Assembly: GCF_018350175.1 (NCBI RefSeq)
Contig: NC_058368.1
Location: 54,314,001-54,378,000, forward strand
Direction of reading: 5' to 3'
DNA: 64,000 nucleotides
Origin: Felis catus
Lineage: Eukaryota
Made by a program: the position numbers and the translations under genes
Part shown: in pieces, positions 27,405-39,829 of the stretch
How positions within the stretch are numbered: the first letter of the stretch is position 1
How the letters are laid out: each line of letters opens with the position of its first letter
Notes under the pieces: generated by a model
Database searches by the model: none
The model's input: the letters and a program-made list of their open reading frames with translations, nothing else
Told to the model about the DNA's origin: nothing

Positions 27405-28298
27405 TCACAGGGTCCCCCTTAGGATCTCTTGTAGGGCTGGTTTAGTGGTGACAAATTCCTTCAGTTTTTGTTTGTTTGGGAAAACCTTTATCTCTCCTTC
27501 TATTCTAAATGACAGACTTGCTGGATAAAGGATTCTCGGCTGCATATTTTTTCTGTCTAGCACCCTGAAGATCTCGTGCCAATTCTTTCTGGCCTTCCAA
27601 GTTTCAAAAGAGAGATGGGTCACGAGTCTTATAGGTCTCCCTTTATATGTGAGGGCAGGTTTACCCCTTGCTGCTTTCAGAATTTTCTCTTTATCCTTGT
27701 ATTTTTCCAGTTTCACTATGATATGTCGTGCAGAAGATCGATTCAAGTTACGTCTGAAGGGAGTTCTCTGTGCCTCTTGGATTTCAATGCCTTTTTCCTT
27801 CCCCAGTTCAGGGAAGTTCTCAGCTATTATTTCTTCAAGTACCCCTTCAGCACCTTTCCCTCTCTCTTCCTCCTCTGGGATACCAATTATGCGTATATTA
27901 TTTCTTCTTAGTGTATCACTTAGTTCTCTAATTTTCCCCTCATACTCCTGGATTTTTTTATCTCTCTTTTTCTCAGCTTCCTCTTTTTCCATAACTTTAT
28001 CTTCTAGTTCACCTATTCTCTCTTCTGCCTCTTCAAGCCGAACTGTGGTGGTTTCCATTTTGTTATGCATTTCGTTTAAAGCGTTTTTCAGCTCCTCGTG
28101 ACTGTTCCTTAGTCCCTTGATCTCTGTAGCAAGAGATTCTCTGCTGTCCCGTATACTGTTTTCAAGCCCAGCGATTAATTTTATGACTATTATTCTAAAT
28201 TCACTTTCTGTTATACTATTTAAATCCTTTTTGATCAGCTCATTAGCTGTTGTTATTTCCTGGAGATTATTCTGAGGGGAATTCTTCTGCTTGGTCAT
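27405..28298 (-). CDS. LINE-1 ORF1p (coiled coil, RRM, CTD), 297 aa
   Basis: ATG at 28298 (MTKQK); heptad-rich N-half, [29 protein letters not shown] at 27407-27405. Confidence 0.96.
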   Translation of the reverse strand: MTKQKNSPQNNLQEITTANELIKKDLNSITESEFRIIVIKLIAGLENSIRDSRESLATEIKGLRNSHEELKNALNEMHNKMETTTVRLEEAEERIGELEDKVMEKEEAEKKRDKKIQEYEGKIRELSDTLRRNNIRIIGIPEEEERGKGAEGVLEEIIAENFPELGKEKGIEIQEAQRTPFRRNLNRSSARHIIVKLEKYKDKEKILKAARGKPALTYKGRPIRLVTHLSFETWKARKNWHEIFRVLDRKNMQPRILYPASLSFRIEGEIKVFPNKQKLKEFVTTKPALQEILRGTL

Positions 28299-29226
28299 TT
28301 TGGATAGTCCCTGGCGTGGTGAGGACCTGCAGGGCACTTCCCCTGTGCTGTGGTGTATAACTGGAGTTGGTGGGCGGGGCCGCAGTCAGACCTGATGTCT
28401 GCCCCCAGCCCACCGCTGGGGCCACAGTCAGACTGGTGTTTGCCTTCTCTTCCCCTCTCCTAGGGGCGGGATTCACTGTGGGGTGGTGTGGCCTGTCTGG
28501 GCTACTTGCACACTGCCAAGCTTGTGATGCTGGGGATCCGGCGTATAGCTGGGATGGGTAGGCAAGGTGCACGGGGACAGGAGGGGCAGGCTTAGATCGC
28601 TTCTCCTTAGGTGATTCACTTCAGGAGGGGCCCTGTGGCAGCGGGAGGGAGTCAGATCCGCTGCCGGAGGTTTGGCTCCGCAGAAGCACAGAGTTGGGTG
28701 TTTGTGTGGAGCGAGCAAGTTCCCTGGCAGGAACTGGTTCTCTTTGGGATTTTTGGCTGGGGGATGGGCAGGGGAGGTGGCGCTGGTGAGCGCCTTTGTT
28801 CCCCACCAAACTGAGCTCTGCCATCAGGGGGCTCAGCAGCTCTCCCTCCCTTTGTCCTCCAGCCTTCCCGCTTTCCGAGCAGAGCTGTTAACTTATGACC
28901 TCCCAGACGCTAAGTCGCGCTTGTTGTTGGAACACAGTCCGCCTGGCCCCTCTGCTTTTGCAAGCCAGACTCGGGGGCTCTGCTTGGCCGGCGAGCCGCC
29001 CCTCCGCCCCGGCTCCCTCTCGCCAGTCCGTGGAGCGCGCACCGCCTTGTAGTCCTTCCTACCCTCTTCCGTGGGCCTCTCATCTGCGCTTGGCTCCGGA
29101 GACTCCATTCTGCTAATTCTCTGGTGGTTTTCTGGGTTATTTAGGCAGGTGTAGGTGGAATCTAAGTGATCAGCAGGACGTGTGGTGAGCCCAGCGTCCT
29201 CCTAAGCCGCCATCTTCTCTTCCCAG
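28299..29226 (-). promoter_or_regulatory. L1 5'UTR internal Pol II promoter with YY1 motif AAGATGGCGGC (29206-29216)
   Basis: GC/CpG-rich; YY1 consensus near the 5' end as in other mammalian L1s; copy 1 carries AAGATGGCAGC at 7918-7928. Confidence 0.8.
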
Positions 29227-29349
29227 CTCAGGATGAATTTCTATGACCTTGCAGTAGTCTATTTCCAGTCTTTTCTGCTTTCCTTCAGATGTAGAGTAGA
29301 ACAGGCTTACATCTTAAGACATTATTGTACAGATTTATTTTGGGAATAA

Positions 29350-29720
29350 TTGGAAAGTTCTGAGTGTGGATGATATATTAAGGATGATAATGACATGACA
29401 CTGTGTTTATGTAGGACAATGTTCTAGTTCTTAGGAGATATATGCTGAAGTATTTACTAGTAAGGAGGCAATGATGTCTGCAATTCCCAGATGATTTAGC
29501 AGAAAAATCATCCATATATCTTTTACATATTTATGTATCTATGTATTTATTATCTATCTCTCTATTTGTCTATATCTATCATCTCTCTACCATCTAATTA
29601 CAATTTGTGGAGAGATGAAGAAATGTAGTGAAATATTAACATTTGATATATATGGATGAAGGGATGTGGATGTTTACTGTAACAATCTATGTAGATCTGA
29701 AAAATTTCAAAATAAAATGA
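29350..29720 (+). mobile_element. Old L1MC/L1ME 3' end fragment
   Basis: ttcttaggagatatatgctgaagtattta...tttcaaaataaaa. Confidence 0.6.
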
Positions 29721-30679
29721 ATAAACTCACAATAGGACGACTGAGGTCTTCTGACATACGTCTTTGTTCTCATCTTCTGGCCACAGCTCTGCTTTCCAGG
29801 ATAATTAAGATTAAGACCGCAAGCCTACGTAGTAAATTTCTCTTCCTGCTGTCTCAGTGATATGATAAGCTCCAAATGACCAGGCGACAGTCTTCAATTC
29901 CAGGTTAATGTAATGACCATATACTCCCTGGTAAAAGTATTCTCCTTGGCATCAATTAGAAGAAGAAATGGTTTATTAAAGGGTCATTTGGGTTTGTTCT
30001 TTTGAAAATTTTTGAGCAGTGAATTCTGATCATGGTAGTAATAATACTACATCGAGTGCCTATTTAAGGCACAGATCACATCTTGAAGAACCAAGCCCTC
30101 TGCCATTTTCTTTCTCTCTTCTCCCTCTGAGACTCTGCATATCACTACCAGTTAGAATCCCCTTAGATCTAACGTACAATGGAAAAGGAAGAACTTCACA
30201 GAGGAATGAGCCATGGTATATGGAGAATAATGGACAAAAAGTACTCTATCCAGGGAGCAGAACTGGCCTATTCAAGGAATATTCTCCACTTTCAGGGTAG
30301 ATGAGCCTCAAAATGTCTGCCTAGTGTATTTCAGAATTTTACATGCCTCAATCTGTTGATTATCTCCTATATTTCCTTTTTAGCAACAAGGTTGTTTTTT
30401 GAGGTGATCTTACTCCTATTTCTCCATTTTACATTGGATGTATATGGGTGAAATAGCATATCTTTTTAGTTCAGAGGTGTCAACTCAAGAGGAGCCACTT
30501 CTGAATGTAATGTGCACAACCATGAGTCATTTCCTATGGAGAGACTACCATGCATCATCCAGATATCCTGTTTTTCAAACTTGGTGAAGTGACTGGATGG
30601 GACTTATGTGTTGTCTCCATTGAGAGTGCCTTGAATGCAAGAGGGAGAATGTTCCAAATATCGGTGACCAGAAGGTTAG

Positions 30680-30985
30680 ACTGTGGTAATTTCTGGAGCT
30701 ACTCACAGTTCTATTTCAGTTCTCCAACCTTAGAGTATGTGTTAGGATTGGACTTCCCTTTCTACATGAGTGGAAATGACATGTATCTTTTAGGAGTCAC
30801 TGCATTATTTACTATCATCCCATTCTTCCACCACACTAGTTATGAAGGCAAGTATTGAGTGGAGCCTTCATCAAACTGGATCTTTAATGATATGGATTGA
30901 ATATTTAGTATAAGCAAGAAATAAATGTTTCTGATGTTATGACATTGAAGGTTGTTTTGTTTTTGTTTTTAAACTGCATCTAAAA
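30680..30985 (+). mobile_element. Old MLT1-type LTR, possibly with upstream internal sequence
   Basis: gcaagaaataaatgtttctgatgttatgacattga resembles the MLT1 3' part; family uncertain. Confidence 0.45.
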
Positions 30986-33864
30986 CTAGGCTATACTAGC
31001 ATTGATATTACCTAAAAGTGAGTCTGGCCTCAAAGAGCTATGTACAAATAAAGCTCTCAGAAACAGGGAAGGTATGATAAAGGAGTTGGTGGTGAGCACT
31101 GAATCCATTAAAAAAGCAGCATCAAGATTATATACTGGGTGGAATTACGGTTTAAAAAGAGAAAAATAAACATTTGAAGCCTTGGTAATATAAAAATAAG
31201 AACATAACTAATAAGTTTTATGAGATAAAGGAGTAGTAACATGGTAAAATGTTACTATTTTATAACAAAAAGTAAAACAACAACATATAAATTAAAATGT
31301 TAAAATGACTCTAACTTCATAATATTTAAGAGGATATATTTTGTGCTAAAAGAATATTTACTAAAGTTTGGGAATATCTTTGTTTTTAGTCAAGTTCCTC
31401 TTGTTAATTTAAAGACAATAAAATTTACTTTAATTTCACTATGATGCCAAATATAATATTTAGTAGGTTTTATAAAAACACATCCCTTCATACATCCACC
31501 TCTGCACCCATCCATATATCTGGTATCCATTCACCTATCATTCTCTTTGTATATATTTCTATTTAGTGTGCATATGGTGTGGATATAGGTCTGGAATGCT
31601 AGTTATAGTAAGGTTATTATAGTAATTTATAGGTGTTGGAATTTATAGTGATATATTCTCAGATATTTTGTACTTTTTTTTGTTTTGGATGCCTTCCTTC
31701 TATCATTTTTTTCAAAACCATCAAGTCCTAAATCTTATTAAAAAAAAAAAGACAAATTTCTTAGCCTCAGTTCAGGTACCCTATTTAGATAACATGAAAA
31801 AAAAGTTTCTGTTATGTTTCAGTTTCTATTAAAAATTTTTTCTCTTCAGTAATTTTAACAGACTGAAAAAAAAAAGACTTTGAGGGGAAGTAATAGGATC
31901 TGTTGGATAGTATTCAAATCCAGATTTTAATTACTCAATAGGATACATGGAAATAATCTAAGAAGAGAGAAGGGTTGATGCCTGTATTTGCTTGACGTCA
32001 GTCACATGGTAACTCAGGGCTTGAAAATAACTGTTCTCTAAGGCTTCTTGTTCTCTTCACTTCACACCTAATTTATCAATGAATACATCCATATTGGATT
32101 TGGGAAATCAAATTATTACTAGTCTGGTGATTAAACTGCTCTACCCATCTGCTAGTATATTATCATTATTACTTGAACCTACCTCCATGATAACAGATAA
32201 TACAAATCATTTTCACTGCATTTAGGCAGTGATTGTACAAACTCTTTTAGAAAAAAATGCTTTACCCATATTTGTATGTATTAAAATTAACAAAATATTA
32301 AGTGCAATAGAATTCAGTTGAAATTGAAGATTTTCAGAAATGGTAGTGTTTAATGTGTCCAAGTAGCAGTGTCTTTTTTTTGGATGATCTTCTGGTTGAG
32401 ATTGAATCCAGACAGATTTCTGGTCTAATGGACAGCCAAGCACGTGTGAGGTTGTGATGTTTGTTTAATTAGTGTAACTCATTTTATGCCCAGAATAATC
32501 ATAATACTTTAAGTGCACTTGTAAAGCTTTTTTGTTCAGTGAGAATCTTTGTTCTTTTAAAATCCACTGTTTATTCTTGAAGTCACAGAACAAGAATTGT
32601 GGCTAGTTTTTAAAATCATAATTTGATTTCTGTGTTATTTGTATGATCTGCTAAGAACATCCATATAACTGAAGTCAAGAAATGATAAAGTTGTATGACA
32701 ACCTTATTATTGGCTTGCTATATCATTGTTAAAAATAGAATGAAAGGCAGCCTTGTTTTATAAGCACTCTTTCTACTTTCTTATTACTATGAACTGAATA
32801 AATGCTTTTAGTATTTAAAAGAATATCTATTCATTTAGTAAATATTATTTGAATGCCTCTTGTTTCAGAAGATACTCAGGATGTACCATAGATATGTGTT
32901 TTCTCAAAGTATTTGCCATTTAGCAATGTTCTTCCACATAAATCAAACAAACACGATTGCTACACGCTTTCATAGAATTCTGTTTTTGCTTTCATGGCAC
33001 TTATTCACTCTTCATCATGTGCTTACTTTAAATAATTTGTAAAATGTCTACCTTTACTGCTGGACTTTAATGCGGATACCCCATGTGGGTGGGAGGAGTG
33101 TCTCTTTTGTTGATGGCTGTATCTTAGTGCCTAACACAGTGATAGCCATGTCATTAACATACTAGCTATATATTTTTGCCTGACATGCAGATTGTGGGAA
33201 CTGTTATAGGAGAAGTACAATCTAAAGGAAGGCTATCAATGAGGTATAAATGATGGTTCAGAGTAAATGCATTGAAATCAAGGGAAGGGAAGGTTAGGCA
33301 CGAGGGGAATAGCATAGCATGTTCAATGTTTCCAGGAAATTGAGGAGGAATGAATATTTATATAATGGTGAAGTACTCAAATCCACTAGAACACACGTTA
33401 GATGTCAGGAAGTCATGCAAGGAGGCCAGTGGGTACTGGAAAGAACACCTGAGTCAGATTATTAGAATCTAATGTGCAAGTCTAAGAAATTTGAAGTTTT
33501 CATTTAATGAGATGCTGAGAAATTTTAGATAGGATTGTATAATTCAAGTTAAGTGACTAAAATAAATTACATTTTAGTTGCACATCGATAGTCTCAGTTT
33601 TATAAAAAAAATTTAAGAGCAGAAAGTTTTTTTAAAGGCAGAAACTATACATTTTAATGGTTTAATCACAGCAACTGGCATAGTCCCTAGTGCCTTTTAG
33701 GTATTGGGCACATATTTTTGATTAGATGGTCATTTAAATTTGTTAAGTGAAATAATATTCTATAAGGTGTGAGTGATTCTTGATTTGGACTATAGGTAGA
33801 TAATAGGTAGGTAAGTAGGTAAGTAGATATGAAGACATTAAGTGTTTAATCATATTAGATGAAT

Positions 33865-34040
33865 AAATACAAACAAATGTGCCCACATAAATACTCAAAC
33901 ACATAAACCACACTCACAAACTCATATACACATACAAAAGCATACATATAGACAAATCCAAACAAGTACACATATGTTCATACAAATACATATACAAGTG
34001 CACAATCACAAACACACACTACAGATATCCACACACATTT
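33865..34040. repeat. CA-rich low-complexity tract (decayed microsatellite)
   Basis: Degenerate ACAC/ACAT repeats. Confidence 0.75.
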
Positions 34041-34904
34041 GTGAGACAATAGATGAAATATTAGGATTTTGTTATAGGAAACACAAAGCTCATGGAATTA
34101 TCAGGGAAAATGGTATTAGAAGAGCAGACAAATAACAGATGGAAGAGGATTTAAAAGAACAAATTAAAGAATGCAGAGTTTAGTCTCCGTGAAGAAAAGG
34201 AGTACCCTAAGTAGATTATCGCAGTGTAGGCAGATTTCCCAAACTCATATTGAACATTGCCAAATACTTACTTGCACGTCAAATATTATCTACACTAGAA
34301 TCAGAATCTGAGGATGGATGGCATATCATATTTATCAAATTTGACAATGTCTTAACTTTGTTTTCCTTTACAGAATTCAAATGTTTGTTTTAAAGAAAAT
34401 GGAAAATAAAAAAAAATGAAAGATGAAATAAAAATCCCATTACCACCCCCCCAAATTAAATAGTGCTAATGTTTTAGGTGTTTTTTATTCTAAGTTTCAA
34501 ATCTCTAGAACAAGTGTTTCGACCTGATGCATTCTCTCTAAGAGTTTAACTGATTTTATCCACTCTGGGTCTCAGAATTTGTAATTTATGAGAGTTCAAG
34601 AGATTCATCTAATCTGATTAGTCATCTGTGACAATAACAGGAAAAGTTATTTAGAATTATACTTCATGAACATACTAAAAATATTAAGAGTGATAAAATC
34701 AACATTTAAAAAACATTATTGTTAATTTAAACGTAAACATATACAATCAATTTTATAGTGATGCATAAAATATGTAAAGTTTCTGTGCCTTTTCACTAGG
34801 AAGAGCTAAAAAGTCTTTCATCTGATTAAGTAGACTTTGCTTAGGTGAGAATGTTGGATAGAACACCTGAGGTCTGATCATTAGAATCTGATGTGCAGTG
34901 TAGG

Positions 34905-36460
34905 TTTGATGGCAATTTTTCTTTGAAGGTATTTTGATTTTTGCTAGTGTCCAGCAAAATATTTCACTGGATATAGAATTTGGAGTTCTTGGTATTACAA
35001 GTGACAGCTATTTCTTCCAGCTGTTGAAAAATGTGTCACTTCCTTCTGACCTCCATGGCTTCTGATAAGAAATCCGTTGTAATTCAAATTTGTTTTTGCC
35101 TATAGATAACATGTGGCTTTTCTTTCACTGCTTTCAAGATTTTTCTTTGCCTCTATTTTTATTTTTTTAAGTTTATTTATTTATTTTGAGAGAGTGAGCA
35201 AGCAGGGGAAGGGCAGAGAGAGGGGGAGAGAGAGGATTGTAAGCAGGTTCCGTGTTCCCAGCACAGAGCCCAATGTGAGGCTTGAACTCACAAACCGTGA
35301 GATCATGACCTGAGCAGAAACCAAGAGTCAGAGCTTAATTGACTGAGTGACCCTGGTGCCCCATCTCTATTTTTAGAAGTTTGAATAGGATGTGTTTTTG
35401 TATGGGTTTCTTTGGGTTTCTTTTGATTCACTCAACTTTGTGAATATATAGGTTTATTTCTTTTGGCAAGTGTGGAAATCTTTCTGCCATATTTCTTTGA
35501 GTACTTTTCAGTCCCTTCCTCTTTATCCCCTCCTTCTGGGACTCTGATTATGCAAATGTTAGACTTTTGATTTACTCCCATAGGTCCCGGAAGCTCTGTT
35601 GTTGTTGTTGTTGTTGTTGTTGTTATCATTATTATTATTTTATAATTTTAGTCTAGTTTCTCTCCATTGTTCAGATTTGCTAATTTCTATTTTTCTACCT
35701 TCAAATTCACTGATTCTTTCAACCTCCTGCTTCATTCTGTGATTGAGTCCATCTGTGGCATTTTTTGTTTCAGTCATTGTATTGGTCTGTTCCATTGGTC
35801 TTCTTTATATTTTCTTTTTCTTTGCTGAATTTTTTATATTTTTTAATTGGTTTACATGTGTTCATAATTGTTTGTTAAAGCAATTTTATGATGGTTGTTT
35901 TAGAGTCTTTGTCAGACCTCTGTGGCCTCATTACTTACAGGAACAGGTGAAAGTCCTTACTTTCCATTGGGCCTATTCTGACCCACCCCAGCAGATGGAG
36001 GGAGGGGCACTCCATTACTACCAGGTGAAATGGATGTCTAGGCTCTCCATTCTGCCTTTGCTGGTGCATAAAGGGATCAGGTCAACATTTTTCCTGTGCT
36101 GTTTGGCTTGAATAGAGCATTATTGTCTAAAAGTGTTTATCTCGGTAGGCTGCCCATCTTGGTTTTTATGATTAGGGAGCATAGGCTTTTTCCGTGGATT
36201 TTTTTTTCTTTTTGGTCTGTGTCTGTTGGCATTTCTGGGTTGCCAGCTTCTTCAGCTCCACGTCTGGGATCTGAGGCAAACAAAACAAATCCAAACCCAG
36301 AGAACTCACCATTATGTCATCCTTTGGGTCCCAATGCACCTAGCCATTCTGCCTTCTTCTCCCGTGTCTCCGTCTTCCTATATTTGGTTTTGATAATAAT
36401 GCTATGGTGTTTAGTTGTTTGTAGTGGAAGGAATAGGGAAAATATGTCTACTCCATATTT
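34905..36460 (-). mobile_element. Old L1M 5' region (ORF1 and 5'UTR remnant) with (GTT)n at ~35598-35624
   Basis: Remnant peptide NICIIRVPEGGDKEEGTEK aligns by eye with ORF1 [18 protein letters not shown]. Confidence 0.7.
35162..35362 (-). mobile_element. Carnivore SINE (SINEC) inserted in old L1
   Basis: TSD ctctattttta on both sides. Confidence 0.9.
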
Positions 36461-38039
36461 CCACATGATGGGTTTTGAGGAAATGCTTTGAGATGGATTT
36501 ATGGAAAATCAGGCCAGAAATTTATTCAAATTATATTGGTCTTCCAGTCAATTCACACTCTGTGCAGAGAATGGTAATCATTCACATTCATCTTCATTAA
36601 GAATAATCAAAAGAGATTGAGAACCATAGATTAGATAATACAAACAATTATCTGACCCATTTCTTTAAGAGGAATTTCTTGAATTAGTCTTTCTTGGGGC
36701 AATTATTTACAACAGAATAGGTTTATGTTGGATTTTGCTAAAACACAATGTTGCAACTTGAGGGAATCTTATGAGATACCTTTCAAGTTTTTATTTACAT
36801 AGATAATACTGTGGCTCCTAACATGTTATAAATGTTAAGTAGGCATTTAGTTGTTTCACAGATTTATGTAGGTAACATCTCCTTCAGAGTAATAGTTTTA
36901 AAGGCAATTTTGAGCTTGTTTTTTTCCCTTACATTTCTTTTGAAGAGTAAATCATTCCAGCTCTAGAATGGAAATGCTTAATCTCCTGAGACTCCTCTGA
37001 TGAATAGCCAAAGGGATAATTGCTTGGCTACATGGATTTCAACATAATTTTTAGCAAAATCATAGATATCCAAATGTAGATTCTGGCATTTGGGATGCAT
37101 TGTCAATATGAGAAATTCCCAAGGGGACTCTGGAGTGCTCATGCAATTACTAGATTACAGCAGTAAACATGCGAGGCATGGTTTTTCAATAGTCAAAACA
37201 AAGTATGATCCATGTAACATATTTTGTATAATAAGTAATACAAGCATAATACAAAACAGGTGACTAATATTGCTTTACTATTTAAATGCACCATATGCGA
37301 TAAAATATAGCCAAGTGGTAATTTAATTATTTCCATGAAAATACAGATAAATTCCAACATTTAAAAAGCATATGACCCACTGTGTTGTGAACTCTAAGGC
37401 TATACATGCAATTATTATTGTGATGAACTTTTCAGTTTATAATATATAATCAATTATGAAAAAGTAAGTTCATATTCAAATATTCTGGGAAAAAAATAAT
37501 CGTCCTTTTTATGTGAAGAAACCAGTCATCCAAAAAAAAAATATTTCCTAGAAATATGTGCTGCCATGTTGAGTTGGACATTGGTACTGCTTAACTCAGT
37601 TATTGGGAACATGAGGGTTTTGGACCAGATCCAACCCTCTGGTGGATCTTGAGTTGCTTCTCTAATCCAAGTTATGGATCAGACCCTATCTTGAGACTTT
37701 CTCTTGGATAATGCAGTTTGTGAAAAACAGATGAGAAAATATATTTGAATAACTGGAAAAGCTATTCATGCTGATATATCAGTAGCATTAATTTTCTTTA
37801 CTATAGAGAAAGTTTAAATAATTAGATGGAGTAGTTGAGTCATGTGTAGATGATAAATACAGTGATGGAATTAATAAAGCCTCTGATCCTGATCTGTTTT
37901 GGGCAACCTATCCCAGGACATACCCACCTGTGTGAGTTACTGTTGGCTTAAATTAATATCTTATTTCCCTTAAAATCTTCTTCTAGTACCTATGTACATT
38001 TTCACTTTACCTTGTTAGCTTGACTTTGACAGTGCATAT

Positions 38040-38485
38040 TGTTAAGTGAATGAAACTAGTGTGAAAGGCTCATACTGTACCATTCCAATTATATGACATT
38101 CTGGATAAGGTGATATACTCTAGCGATAACAAATAGGTCAGTGGTTGGCAGAAGTTCAGATGGAATGGAAAGAAGTATGAATAGGTGAAGCACAGAGAAT
38201 TTTTAAAGCTGTGAAACTACTCTGAATGCTATTTTAACGACATTATGCATTTGTCAAAACCCATAGAGCAGTACAACGCAAAGAATAAGACACTGTAAAC
38301 TATGGCTTTGGGGTCATAATAATATTTGTTCACTAATTGTAACAAATGTACCACCCTAGAGCAAGATGTTAATAAAAGGGGAGATGGTGGCTAGGAGGGA
38401 GGAGATATCTGAGAACTCTATATTACTTTCACAAGGTTTTGGTACCTAAAACTGTTCTGAAAAATAGAGTCTATTACTTGAAAAA
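38040..38485 (+). mobile_element. L1MC-like 3' end
   Basis: catactgtaccattccaattatatgacattctgg...taattgtaacaaatgtaccacc...cctaaaactgttct. Confidence 0.75.
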
Positions 38486-39455
38486 CGCAAGCACCAAACT
38501 GAATGGAATTATGTGTAGTATGTAATATGTAAACTTTTAATTAGCTTTCTTACTTTGAGACCTGTGCCACCCCTCCCTCTCAACTTCATCTGTCTGGTGT
38601 CTTAGTCTCAGGAATCAAAGTCCTCTTTACCCCCAACCCCATGAACACACAGAGAAAAGCAGCTAAAAGCTTCAACTTTTCCTTAAGCAGATTTTAAAAA
38701 CCAAGCTTTGGATTTTCTGCCTCAACACTCTCCCTCCTATAGACCTTGAAACTGAGTCAATTTGTAATTCTGTCTAAATTTTCTCACTGATCTTTAGTGT
38801 CCTCCTGTCCAGATAGCTTGAATGAAACTTCTTCTATTTTGTTACTTCACTTACTGTTCTATTTATTTTCCATCTTCAAACATTTGTTGTAATATCTTAT
38901 CTACTGTTGTCTTTTCTTTTTGTCATTGTTAGTTTAAACATTCATAAACTGCTTTATCTTCATTTTAGAGAAGACTCAGGGGTGAGAAGAATAAGCACAT
39001 AGACCCAAACAACCATGTTTAGCTAAAATTATGGGTGGCTTTCTGGTACTCTGTCTTTTTTTTTTCCCCACGGTCCTCATCTTTTTCTTTCTCTCTACAC
39101 AACCACTATGAAGTAAAGTTAAACACCATCTTTGTCAATATACCGCATAGTAATATGAACTACTTTAAATTGAATAATGAATGTTTTTGGCAATGAATGA
39201 ATTCAGCTGAACCAGGAGACAGTGTTGGTTGTAATTATTTAATTAATGGAAATGAAGTATTGCAATATTGAGGGACTTGAATATATGTTGAAGGATACTG
39301 TGGATAAGAAGTATGGCTCATAGCCAACTGAGAGCAATTCACATTTCAGATAATGAAATGATGAATTTTCATTGCTTTTTTTTCTTTTTTTCTTCTCTAA
39401 GCTTTGCATCCTGATTGAAGCAAAGACATCTGTCTTTTCCCAGATAGCAACTTTG

Positions 39456-39469
39456 GTTGCTGTGGCAAC
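39456..39469. promoter_or_regulatory. Candidate RFX X-box GTTGCTGTGGCAAC
   Basis: Near-palindromic match to GTTRCY-N2-RGYAAC in non-repeat sequence; function not shown. Confidence 0.4.
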
Positions 39470-39736
39470 ATGTTGACTAGGGAACTTAAAATAAAGGTGG
39501 CTCATTTCCAAATCACTTTTCTTCTTTTTCTTCACAAAAACAGCACACATTGGCAAAAGCAAAAAAGAAAAAAAAAAGTTTTACTGGAATCTTTATAATC
39601 AATAAACCTGTTGTTTGCTGAAGGATTACATTCCCGAACTTGCATGTTAAGCAGGTGAAAAGTGTACATTTGGCTTTCATATACTTTTTAAACTATGAAA
39701 AACTGCACAACCTCATTAAAAAATTTTTTTCCTCTA

Positions 39737-39829
39737 TCCCTGCTTTCCTCCCTTCCCTTCCTCATTCCTCCCTTCCTTCTTCCCTTCCTTCCTTCCTTCC
39801 TTCCTTTTCTGCTCCCTCTCTCTCTCTCT
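39737..39829. repeat. (CCTT)n / CT-rich polypyrimidine tract
   Basis: Directly visible. Confidence 0.9.

Larger units (their letters stand above)
23297..29226 (-). mobile_element. Full-length intact felid LINE-1 (copy 2)
   Basis: Poly-T tail, 3'UTR, uninterrupted ORF2 and ORF1, CpG-rich 5'UTR; perfect 16-bp TSD ctcaggatgaatttct at 23281-23296 and 29227-29242. Confidence 0.98.

Noticed and set aside
27355..27445. ORF1-ORF2 spacer open in the ORF2 frame, with a GTG overlapping the ORF1 stop (possible frameshift fusion or 1292-aa ORF2)
   Set aside because: No canonical slippery heptamer in the short overlap, copy 1 has a 4-nt shorter spacer that breaks the frame, and the first ATG gives a normal-length ORF2.
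24368..28101. Plus-strand ORFs of 85-150 aa overlapping L1 ORF1/ORF2
   Set aside because: Antisense shadows of L1 coding sequence; the same is seen in copy 1.
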